From the NCBI GenBank assembly GCA_043806035.1, contig JAZDHK010000012.1, positions 1 to 18,551 on the forward strand: DNA of 18,551 nt, in the 5' to 3' direction. Position 1 is the stretch's first letter, and each line of letters begins with the position of its first letter. Under the pieces are notes generated by a model. That model worked only from the letters and a program-made list of their open reading frames with translations, was not told the DNA's origin and ran no database searches. This DNA comes from an archaeon (GTDB lineage: Archaea > Nanobdellota > Nanobdellia > Woesearchaeales > UBA9642). Positions 1 through 7,437 of this stretch are shown in pieces. Both the position numbers and the translations under genes were made by a program.

Positions 1-2
1 AC

Positions 3-962
3 AGCACCCTCTCCATAGAATGGACATGGTACAACAACTCAGTACAGTACAGCACCGGCATCACAACAGGCGTCAGCAACAACACCAACACCCTCATCAC
101 CACCATGGACGGACAGAACACAACCGCAGGAGAAACCTGGACCTGCGACGTCCGCGCATACGACTCCCAAACATACAGCGCACACAAGAACGCCTCAGTA
201 ACCATCAACACACCCCCCACGACCATCACCCTCCTCAACCCCACAAACGACAACACCACCGTCCGAGATCTCCAACCCGTCTTCAACTGGACGGCAGCAA
301 CGGACGATGATGGGGATGACATCAATTACACGATCAATGTCACGTACAGTTACGGCTGTGACAACCTGCCCATCCTCACTAATAGCACCGTCAACAACTA
401 CACGTCCGCTTTTGAGTTTTGTACGTATTCGGGAGGAACGGCGAGCGAAAGATACTACAACTGGACCGTGCAGGCCTGCGACTATCTCGAATGCGGCGCA
501 TGGGCGACTGCCTTTAACTTCAGCATCCAGCCCTGGGTGAGCATCAACATCACCACGAACAGCATTGATTTCGGCGTCATGGCACCCAATCAGGAAAAGG
601 ACACCACTGCCGATAATCCGCAACCCTTCGTTCTCGTCAATGACGGCAACGTGCAAGCAGACTTAGTGAACATCAGCGGCAATGTCAGCCTGTTCCTCAT
701 GAGCGGTCTAGGCAATGATTCCGTTCAGATCAAAGCGGACAACACCACAGAACTAGACAGTTTCAACTGGACGAGCAGCACCACAGACTGGACAAATCTC
801 ACGGCAAGCAACCAGAGCATCATCAAAGAGCTTGATTACAACAACAGCAAGGACAGTGCAGAGATAGATGTCAAAGTCAAAGTGCCCGGCGACGAGCCTG
901 AAGGCCCAAAACAAACCTGGTTCATCTTCACCTGGCAGGAAACGTGGGAGGGAGCACCATGA
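3..962 (+). CDS. 5'-truncated secreted Ig-domain surface protein with a C-terminal pilin-like domain (candidate tip adhesin)
   Basis: The frame of ORF 105..962 is open back to base 3 (STLSIEWTWYNNSVQY...), so the start lies outside the window. It has an Ig-like GETWTC module, an NTPP/FNWT Ig or FN3-like module, many N-x-S/T sequons, and a C-terminal domain with IDFG...NDGNV...DSAEIDV. There is no C-terminal TM. The stop overlaps the next ATG (ATGA). Confidence 0.8.
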   Translation, partial: STLSIEWTWYNNSVQYSTGITTGVSNNTNTLITTMDGQNTTAGETWTCDVRAYDSQTYSAHKNASVTINTPPTTITLLNPTNDNTTVRDLQPVFNWTAATDDDGDDINYTINVTYSYGCDNLPILTNSTVNNYTSAFEFCTYSGGTASERYYNWTVQACDYLECGAWATAFNFSIQPWVSINITTNSIDFGVMAPNQEKDTTADNPQPFVLVNDGNVQADLVNISGNVSLFLMSGLGNDSVQIKADNTTELDSFNWTSSTTDWTNLTASNQSIIKELDYNNSKDSAEIDVKVKVPGDEPEGPKQTWFIFTWQETWEGAP

Positions 963-2197
963 AAGGCTGGCTCTTCTTCCTGATAGGCCTGCTTCTCATA
1001 GGACAGGCATTTGCCCTCGGCATCGCCCCCTCGCGAGACGTCATGGACTACACATCAAATGAGCAAGTACGACAATTAACTATCATCAACACCAACCACA
1101 AGGACATGAAGCTCGTGCTCTACGCGCAGGGAGAATCCCCTGAAGCAATCACCCTCCCCCAACAGACCGTCTCATTCACTGCTGACGAGAGCGAAAAAAC
1201 GATAGCATACAAGGTGAAACTCCCGAACAACTTCACGCCGGGCAAGCACGAAATCGACATCGTCGTGCTCGAGCTGCCGCAAACGTTCATTGACTCTGAC
1301 CAGAATACCATCGTCACTGATGAGCAGGCGATCGTCTTCAAAAACAAGGAAACGGGTGGCATGATTGGTGCATCAACTGCGCTCATCCAGCAGCTCATCA
1401 TCAACGTCCCCTACCCAGGCATGTACGCGGAAGGCAACCTCTTCATCACCGCCAATGATGTCGACCAGCCCGTGACGTTCACCGTTGGCATTAGCAACAA
1501 AGGAAGCCAAGACCTCACCATCACAGGAAGAGTGAAAATATTGGGGCCGACAAACGAAGAAGTCGGCGTCGTCAGCGCAGACCCTGCACACGTGACTGCA
1601 GGAGAAGAGACAAAGCTCACCATGACCTGGCAGGCAGCCGTGAATCCTGGCGTGTACGCCGCAGAAGCCAACGTGCAATACGGTGAGAAGTACTTCATCA
1701 TCCGTCGGACGTTCGTCATCGGCAAGAATCAAGTGAGCATTCGAGACATGAATGTGGAAAAATTCACCCTCGGCCAAATAGCAAAGCTTGATGTAACTGT
1801 TGAGAATGAGTGGAACCAGAAGGCAGAGAACGTCTACGCCCTCGTCAAAATTTTAGATAGTGGGGGCAGCATGCTCACGTCTTTCTCGACAAGCACCATC
1901 AGCATGAATCCGCAAAGCACAGCAATCCTCAACGGCTACTGGGAGACGCAAGGCATGAGCGTGGGCACGTACACCATCGCTGTCGTCCTCAACTTCGGGG
2001 GCAAGCAAGTGGAACGGTTTTTCGAGACCGTCGTGGGCATTGACAGCCTCAACATCAAGGACTTTAGCAAGATAGGCGGACAGGTCGTCGTAGGGGAGAG
2101 CAAGCAAAACAGCAATACACTCCTGGTTATAGCGATCATCGTCCTGATTGTCGTGAATATCGGCTGGTTCGTCTATCTGCGGAGAAAAAAACAATGA
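959..2197 (+). CDS. Membrane-anchored multi-Ig protein, DUF916/DUF3324 (WxL-interacting)- or PapD-like; paralog 1
   Basis: ATG at 959 follows GGGAGGGAG and overlaps the upstream stop. Signal peptide MKGWLFFLIGLLLIGQAFA-LGIAPSR, about three beta-sandwich domains (TPG, PGVY, GTY motifs), then a C-terminal TM and RRKKQ. Family assignment is by eye. Confidence 0.75.
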   Translation: MKGWLFFLIGLLLIGQAFALGIAPSRDVMDYTSNEQVRQLTIINTNHKDMKLVLYAQGESPEAITLPQQTVSFTADESEKTIAYKVKLPNNFTPGKHEIDIVVLELPQTFIDSDQNTIVTDEQAIVFKNKETGGMIGASTALIQQLIINVPYPGMYAEGNLFITANDVDQPVTFTVGISNKGSQDLTITGRVKILGPTNEEVGVVSADPAHVTAGEETKLTMTWQAAVNPGVYAAEANVQYGEKYFIIRRTFVIGKNQVSIRDMNVEKFTLGQIAKLDVTVENEWNQKAENVYALVKILDSGGSMLTSFSTSTISMNPQSTAILNGYWETQGMSVGTYTIAVVLNFGGKQVERFFETVVGIDSLNIKDFSKIGGQVVVGESKQNSNTLLVIAIIVLIVVNIGWFVYLRRKKQ

Positions 2198-2250
2198 AAA
2201 TAGAAAACTATAAAAACCACGATGTCGGGAATACTCACTGGGTAGGTAGT

Positions 2251-2454
2251 ATGGAGAGAAGCAAAAAGAAATGGATGGTCTTTCTGGTCATCCTGGTTGT
2301 CGTGCTGAGCGTTCTCGGCACGTGGACATTCTTGAGCACCACACACAAAGTGAAAGTAAACAACGAACCCATAGCGGGAGCGGAAATCAAACTCACCATA
2401 CTTGATTCTAAGGAATCGCCATCAGGATTGGCGACAGCAGAGGTGGATGAATAA
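2251..2454 (+). CDS. Small membrane peptide: N-terminal TM plus one amphipathic beta-strand
   Basis: MERSKKKW, TM ending SVLGT, then GAEIKLTILD. An in-frame upstream start at 2194 (ATGA overlap) is also possible. The stop overlaps the next ATG (TAATG). Confidence 0.7.
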   Translation: MERSKKKWMVFLVILVVVLSVLGTWTFLSTTHKVKVNNEPIAGAEIKLTILDSKESPSGLATAEVDE

Positions 2455-3089
2455 TGGACGTTTCGAACAAGACACTGGCAATATTTCTGGTTGCGGCAAT
2501 CGTAGTCAGCATCGCAGGCACATTCGTCAGCCTGAACAGGCTCGGCAAGATGGGTGGGATGACAGGATATGCATTAGACGATACTGGACTCGCCAACCTC
2601 AGCATCAGCACATCAGCATCAATCAGATTCGAGGACGGCTTCAACACCACTGATTTCGGCACAGGATCCATCCCGAACGCTTCATCCGTGTGCTTCCTCT
2701 CCACCACTGCTGGACCGACAGCGGAGTGCTCTGGCTTCGCACAAGGAGGTCCGCTCATCATTGAGAACGACGGCAACGTCAACCTCACCAATGTATCGTT
2801 GAACTCGACAAATAGTGCAGCCGCTTTCATCGGCTCTTGCGGCTCGTTCACGCCAGAATTCCTCTGGAACTTCACACAGAACGAAAGCACCAGTTGCAAC
2901 GCGGGCTACTGGGCTGCTGGTGATTACATGGCCGTCAACACAACGCTGATGAGTATCTGTGAGGGAGCTAACGCATATAATTATGTAGAAGACCATGACA
3001 GTATCCGCATTGACTTCCTGCTGAACATCAGTAGTGATTGCACACCAGGCGCAAAAACTAACATCATCAATCTCGTGGGGACGCAATAA
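2454..3089 (+). CDS. Secreted pilin-like protein (candidate major filament subunit), 211 aa
   Basis: Strong SD GAGGTG upstream. N-terminal TM ending SIAGT, MTGYA motif, beta-strand TGLANLSIS, then DFG...ENDGNV...DSIRIDF...PGAKTNII. Six Cys and many sequons. Confidence 0.75.
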   Translation: MDVSNKTLAIFLVAAIVVSIAGTFVSLNRLGKMGGMTGYALDDTGLANLSISTSASIRFEDGFNTTDFGTGSIPNASSVCFLSTTAGPTAECSGFAQGGPLIIENDGNVNLTNVSLNSTNSAAAFIGSCGSFTPEFLWNFTQNESTSCNAGYWAAGDYMAVNTTLMSICEGANAYNYVEDHDSIRIDFLLNISSDCTPGAKTNIINLVGTQ

Positions 3090-3319
3090 TGGATCAACAA
3101 GAAGTGCAAGAGAGCGACTTTTCCAAACGGACCATCATGGTCCTAGTTGTGCTGACGGTCATCATCAGCCTTGCTGGCACGGCGCTCGTGTCGTACGAGG
3201 TTGTGCATGTCAAGGTTGCCGAACGGCCAGCAATGGATCAGGCAAAGGTGACCCTCACCATCAACCCACTGCCGCCAAAAGCTACAGGAGAAGTGACTTT
3301 AGAGATATTGGCACCATGA
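3089..3319 (+). CDS. Small membrane peptide: N-terminal TM plus two tandem amphipathic beta-strands, 76 aa
   Basis: TAATG and ATGA overlaps at the two ends. TM SKRTIMVLVVLTVIISLAGT resembles that of 2454..3089. Strands QAKVTLTI and TGEVTLEI are separated by NPLPPKA. Confidence 0.75.
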   Translation: MDQQEVQESDFSKRTIMVLVVLTVIISLAGTALVSYEVVHVKVAERPAMDQAKVTLTINPLPPKATGEVTLEILAP

Positions 3320-4473
3320 GAGGTTATTTTTTTCTTATTATTGTTTTATTGTCCACTTCAGGAGTCTCTGCCATTTCCATCTCGCACAATTATTCGAACA
3401 TGGATACACGCACACTCTTCTTCAAACCAGGCATAGATCTCTCCTACAAATTTTACATCCATGGCAGCAATGCCATGGAGTCGTACATCGAAACGAACCT
3501 CCCCCACTATGTCAAGTTAGAAGATCCGCAGCAAGGCACAGGAGAGCGATTCATAACGATGACTATTCACACACCTCCTGACGCGCCAGAACTTACACCT
3601 GGCAATTACGGCATACTCGTCGGCACCAGAGAACTCCCTCCAAGCGAAGGAGGCACGATTGGGACGAGAGCAGCCATCCAGATATTCTTCTTGATTATCG
3701 CGCTCAGTGAAGAAAAAAACGTTCAGTTCAGCCTGTCGGCACCTAACGCCAACCAGAATGAGGTCGTCAACTTCAGCGTGAAGGCGAGCAGCCAGACCAA
3801 ACAGGACATCGAGGATGTCTTCGCACGGCTAGCCGTCTTCGATCCCCAAGGCAAATATCTTGCCACCATAGATACGAACCACAAACGGCTTACTTCGACA
3901 GAAAAAACAACACTACAAGGAAGGTTCTCAACAACAGGGCTAACGCCAGGCATCTATACCATAAAAGGCAATGGCTCCTATGATGGAATGCTCTCATCGC
4001 TGCAGACAACAACGTTCAGGATTGGAGAACTAGACATCAAGCTCGTTGATTACACAAAAGAAGTTGGCATGGGGGGCATAACAAAAATAGAACTCACGGT
4101 TGAGAGCAACTGGAATGGCGTCATCGATGACGTGTACGGCACAGTGCATATTGGTGGCGTCGATAGTCAGCCTGAGCGAACGAGCAATGTCAAACTAGAA
4201 CGGTTCGGTAGAGCAGTCCTGAAAAGCTATTGGGACACGACAAACATCCCTGCAGGAACATATGCGGGAACATTGAGCTTGCATTATGCCCAACAGGAGA
4301 AAAGCATCCCCTTGACCATTTCTGTCGTCACTGACCAGCAACCGACTGGCAAGGAAGAACAGCCGAAAAGCATCACGTTCTCGCCACTGCTCCTCTACGG
4401 CATCGTTGCTGCTCTCATCATCGCCATAGCGGTCATAACGCTCATCTTCGGGAGAAAACGTGAACAAACTTAG
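3316..4473 (+). CDS. Membrane-anchored multi-Ig protein, DUF916/PapD-like; paralog 2
   Basis: The likely start is ATG 3316 (ATGA overlap; signal peptide MRGYFFLIIVLLSTSGVSA). It is colinear with 959..2197: TPG..ELP..IG, PG(I/V)Y, TF(R/V)IG, TVE(S/N)xWN, YW(D/E)T..GTY, and a C-terminal TM with basic tail. Confidence 0.75.
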   Translation: MRGYFFLIIVLLSTSGVSAISISHNYSNMDTRTLFFKPGIDLSYKFYIHGSNAMESYIETNLPHYVKLEDPQQGTGERFITMTIHTPPDAPELTPGNYGILVGTRELPPSEGGTIGTRAAIQIFFLIIALSEEKNVQFSLSAPNANQNEVVNFSVKASSQTKQDIEDVFARLAVFDPQGKYLATIDTNHKRLTSTEKTTLQGRFSTTGLTPGIYTIKGNGSYDGMLSSLQTTTFRIGELDIKLVDYTKEVGMGGITKIELTVESNWNGVIDDVYGTVHIGGVDSQPERTSNVKLERFGRAVLKSYWDTTNIPAGTYAGTLSLHYAQQEKSIPLTISVVTDQQPTGKEEQPKSITFSPLLLYGIVAALIIAIAVITLIFGRKREQT

Positions 4474-4867
4474 CATACTCATTTTTGCCTGTTGTGTGTT
4501 GACAATAGCCGCCACCGCAATAGTGTTCAGCACAATCAACGTCATGGACGTAAAGACAACAGGGCTGACGTTGCAAGTCAAGGAAAAATATGCCTGGAAT
4601 CTCGATGCTGACGCAATCCATTTTGGCGGCGGGCCTCCCGGAACGGTCCAGGAGCGGAAGTTCAACCTGACCACCACCAATCCTACATACGTCAGCATTC
4701 ACGTCAACGGAGATATCAGCAAGTACGTTACTGTTTTGGAAAACGATTTTTTGCTCATGCCTGGAGAACTCAAAAGAGTAAGCATTAAGGCGAAAGTGCC
4801 TGAAAAGCCGACGCAGGAATGGTACAACGGCACGCTCATCGTCTACTTTAAAAGGTGGAACATCTAG
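4460..4867 (+). CDS. Small secreted or membrane pilin-like Ig protein (candidate minor subunit A), 135 aa
   Basis: GTG start after GGGAG, overlapping the upstream gene. N-terminal TM, then IHFG..PPG, VSI..G.IS....V.ENDF.L, and terminal strand YNGTLIVYFKR. Confidence 0.75.
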   Translation: MNKLSILIFACCVLTIAATAIVFSTINVMDVKTTGLTLQVKEKYAWNLDADAIHFGGGPPGTVQERKFNLTTTNPTYVSIHVNGDISKYVTVLENDFLLMPGELKRVSIKAKVPEKPTQEWYNGTLIVYFKRWNI

Positions 4868-5256
4868 CGAAGAACATGCGCACATGGTTATTGCTTTGCA
4901 GCATCATCCTCATCTGCATAGGAGCGACACTGATGCTGTATTCTTTCTTTGTCATCGACCACGTGGAAAGACAGGAATTGAGCATTATTGCGGGTAATGA
5001 GGGCTCTGCCTTCTTCGGCAACGTCACTCCTCCAGGAATAGCGAGCAAGAATATCTCTATCGCAACGAGAGAAGACAGATATGTGAGCATCAAAGCAACA
5101 GGCAGCATCAGCGAATTCATACGCGTTTCCGAAAATGATTTCTTTTTGCCTGCAGGCCAGAGCAAGACCATCAGCCTCACGGTCGACCTACCGTATGATG
5201 CACGAGGCAGGTATGAGGGAACGCTGGTTATGTACTTCAAGCGGTTCAATCTTTGA
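4855..5256 (+). CDS. Small secreted or membrane pilin-like Ig protein (candidate minor subunit B), tandem paralog of 4460..4867
   Basis: N-terminal TM, then FFG..PPG, YVSI..G.IS....V.ENDF.L, and YEGTLVMYFKR. The start is either GTG 4855 or ATG 4876. Confidence 0.75.
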   Translation: MEHLAKNMRTWLLLCSIILICIGATLMLYSFFVIDHVERQELSIIAGNEGSAFFGNVTPPGIASKNISIATREDRYVSIKATGSISEFIRVSENDFFLPAGQSKTISLTVDLPYDARGRYEGTLVMYFKRFNL

Positions 5257-5300
5257 AGCAACGCGCTCTCTCAATCCTTGTCTTTAGACAATGCCTATTT

Positions 5301-5368
5301 GAGAAAGATTTAAAAGGAGGTTCTTCCATAAAAACAGTGTGTAGCAAATAATAGCAAATGCTACACAC
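5301..5368 (+). promoter_or_regulatory. BRE/TATA promoter with downstream inverted-repeat operator
   Basis: GAGAAAGA-TTTAAAAG (TATA 5309-5316). A perfect 10-bp inverted repeat GTGTGTAGCA (5337-5346) / TGCTACACAC (5359-5368) covers the expected start site and includes the direct repeat TAGCAAAT x2. Confidence 0.65.
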
Positions 5369-5373
5369 ATAGT

Positions 5374-5520
5374 ATGGCCAAGACACGACAAGTCAACCTC
5401 AGACTCTCTGAAGACCTCATCAAAGAGCTAGACTGGATAGCAGACGATTTGCACATAAGCAAAGCGGACTGGATCAAAGTAAAACTTGCAGAAGCAGTAA
5501 AGAAAGAGGGCAAACGATGA
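5374..5520 (+). CDS. Ribbon-helix-helix (CopG/MetJ/Arc-like) DNA-binding protein, 48 aa
   Basis: Translated by hand: MAKTRQVNLRLSEDLIKELDWIADDLHISKADWIKVKLAEAVKKEGKR*. Canonical RHH pattern (alternating strand, helix, SK-x-D helix). ATGA overlap with 5517. Too short for the ORF track. Confidence 0.85.
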   Translation: MAKTRQVNLRLSEDLIKELDWIADDLHISKADWIKVKLAEAVKKEGKR

Positions 5521-7382
5521 AAAAAACACTCCTCACCCTGCTGCTCATCCTGCTCGTCATCAATCTGACACAGACCATGCTCATCACACTCCTCACGCCA
5601 GAACCAGCACCAACAGCAAGGCTGGCAACGAGCCTGGTCAAGCTTTGCATCAATCACCCTCCTGAAATCAACAACACCTGCAATGCCACCATGGAGGAGC
5701 ACGAACTGTACACGTGCACCGTCCTTGCCATCGATGACGAGCCTGTGACGTTCTCCTCTGTCTGGATGACAAACATCAGCCAGTTCTTCAACCTCACCTC
5801 TACGGGACTCATCAACACCACGCCAGGAATAACGGATGCAGGCAATCACACCATCCGCATCTACGCAATGGACAATCTGAGCTGCACGAACAGCGTCACA
5901 TTCGAGGACTTCACGTTCGAGGTTGTTAGTATCAACGATCCACCATACCTACTCAGACCGTTACCGAACGTCAGCCTCAATGTCAACACGAGCATTGTCG
6001 CCTTCCTGCTCAATGACTACTTCGCAGATCCTGAAGATGATGCGCTCACGTACACATACACAGGAGGGTCTGGATTCAGCATCAGCATCGACGACGAGAG
6101 TGGTGTTCTTATTAGCACGAACGCATGCGATGCAGGCAGCGTTATCTTCACTGCAATAGAAGTGAACACCTCAGACAGCTACACGGCAAACAGCAACAGT
6201 GTTACGCTCAGCGTCAACTGCCCTGCATCGTCCTCATCCGCAGCAGGAGCGGGCACGGGCGGAGGAACGGGAGGAGGTGGCGCATCAGAGTCCTGCACGC
6301 CAGATTGGAAGTGCAGGCCGTGGAGTGCGTGCTTCGAGAACAGTACGCATTACAAGGAATGCTATGATGCCAACGCGTGCGATGAAAACCACTATGAGCA
6401 CACGGTCTGGGCGAACTGCACCTACATTGCAGGCTACACGTGCCTGGAGAACTGGACATGCACACCCTGGACGAACTGCACACCCAACAACATACACACT
6501 CGGGCGTGCACAGACAACAATACGTGTGGCACAGACCTCCTCAGACCTAATGAGACAGAACCGTGCACGTACATACCCACCTGTTTCGATGGCATCCAAA
6601 ATCAAGGAGAACTCGGAAAGGATTGCGGCGGACCGTGCAGCCGTGTCTGCCCAAAAGATGAACTGCCCACGTTCATCAAGGAAAAGAGCCCATTGACACT
6701 CGTGCTCTCGCTATTCATCTTCATCATCATCGCTCTGTTGCTCGTCTTCAAATTCTTCAGGAAACAAATCTATGATGCAGGAACGTTACTGGTGTGGGCT
6801 GCCACCGAGAAAGTGCTCCTGCCGCCGAAGCTGCCAAGAGAACTGGCAGTATCCTGGCTGGCAGAACTCGACACCATCGAGCAACAGCTGGGCAAGAAAG
6901 ACATTCCCTTGCGTATCCCCAACGTATTCAGACGTGTTCTCGTAAAATTAGTAGGAATCACGCCTGAAGCAACCGTGCAGGACCTGCAACTGCTGCTTAA
7001 AAAACAGAAACTGCCCGAGCTTTTTGCAGACTATCTCAAGACCACGTTCATCAGCATCACCGCACTTGAGTTCGCAAAAGAGAAACCGACGACAGAAACG
7101 CTCGTCCTTGCCATCGAGGAGGCACGGCAATGCATAACCTTCCTCAGCGATGTACCCCGCCAAGCCGTTCCTGAGGAGCGCCAGCACACGTTCGTGGGCA
7201 ATCTTACGTATGCATTCGCCCTGCTCCGCATCAAGAACGTGGCAGGTGCGAAAGAGCGCTATCGACGCCTGCTCCAACAGTATGATCTTCTGCCCTTAAG
7301 CCGAAAAGAAGCGCTCTATCCAGAACTAAACAGGCTTTTCCTTGCCGTGAGTCTTGCAATCAAAGGCGTGCGAAAACAATAA
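5517..7382 (+). CDS. Membrane-spanning surface protein: cadherin-like/Ig domains, Ser/Gly linker, Cys-rich repeats, TM and ~200-aa cytoplasmic helical tail, 621 aa
   Basis: N-terminal hydrophobic segment; INHPP and INDPP domain starts; FADPEDDALTY; two CxxxWxCxPWxxC repeats; CFDGIQNQGELGKDCGGPC; TM LTLVLSLFIFIIIALLLVF followed by KFFRK. Confidence 0.8.
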   Translation: MKKTLLTLLLILLVINLTQTMLITLLTPEPAPTARLATSLVKLCINHPPEINNTCNATMEEHELYTCTVLAIDDEPVTFSSVWMTNISQFFNLTSTGLINTTPGITDAGNHTIRIYAMDNLSCTNSVTFEDFTFEVVSINDPPYLLRPLPNVSLNVNTSIVAFLLNDYFADPEDDALTYTYTGGSGFSISIDDESGVLISTNACDAGSVIFTAIEVNTSDSYTANSNSVTLSVNCPASSSSAAGAGTGGGTGGGGASESCTPDWKCRPWSACFENSTHYKECYDANACDENHYEHTVWANCTYIAGYTCLENWTCTPWTNCTPNNIHTRACTDNNTCGTDLLRPNETEPCTYIPTCFDGIQNQGELGKDCGGPCSRVCPKDELPTFIKEKSPLTLVLSLFIFIIIALLLVFKFFRKQIYDAGTLLVWAATEKVLLPPKLPRELAVSWLAELDTIEQQLGKKDIPLRIPNVFRRVLVKLVGITPEATVQDLQLLLKKQKLPELFADYLKTTFISITALEFAKEKPTTETLVLAIEEARQCITFLSDVPRQAVPEERQHTFVGNLTYAFALLRIKNVAGAKERYRRLLQQYDLLPLSRKEALYPELNRLFLAVSLAIKGVRKQ

Positions 7383-7384
7383 CG

Positions 7385-7434
7385 TATTTAAATAAGTGAA
7401 CGTAGATAAGTTATGTTACTAAGTGTACGTATTT
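7385..7434 (+). promoter_or_regulatory. TATA box and direct-repeat candidate operator
   Basis: TTTAAATA at 7387-7394. Direct repeat TAAGTGAACGTA (7393-7404) / TAAGTGTACGTA (7420-7431), 11 of 12 identical. Confidence 0.5.
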
Positions 7435-7437
7435 CCC

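Noticed and set aside
105-107. ATG 105 as the start of the first gene
   Set aside because: The frame is open to the window edge and no signal peptide follows, so the gene is 5'-truncated.
20-310. His/Gln/Arg-rich 96-aa ORF
   Set aside because: An off-frame reading of the AAC/ACC-rich (Asn/Thr) codons of the real gene <3..962.
3034-3315. 94-aa N-terminal extension of ORF 3034..4473
   Set aside because: It overlaps two better-supported genes. The signal peptide and ATGA coupling place the start at 3316.
2454-5256. Type IV pilin/archaellin assignment for the small secreted proteins
   Set aside because: No class III signal ([KR][GA] followed by a hydrophobic tract with E5/Q), and no assembly ATPase or platform genes in the window.
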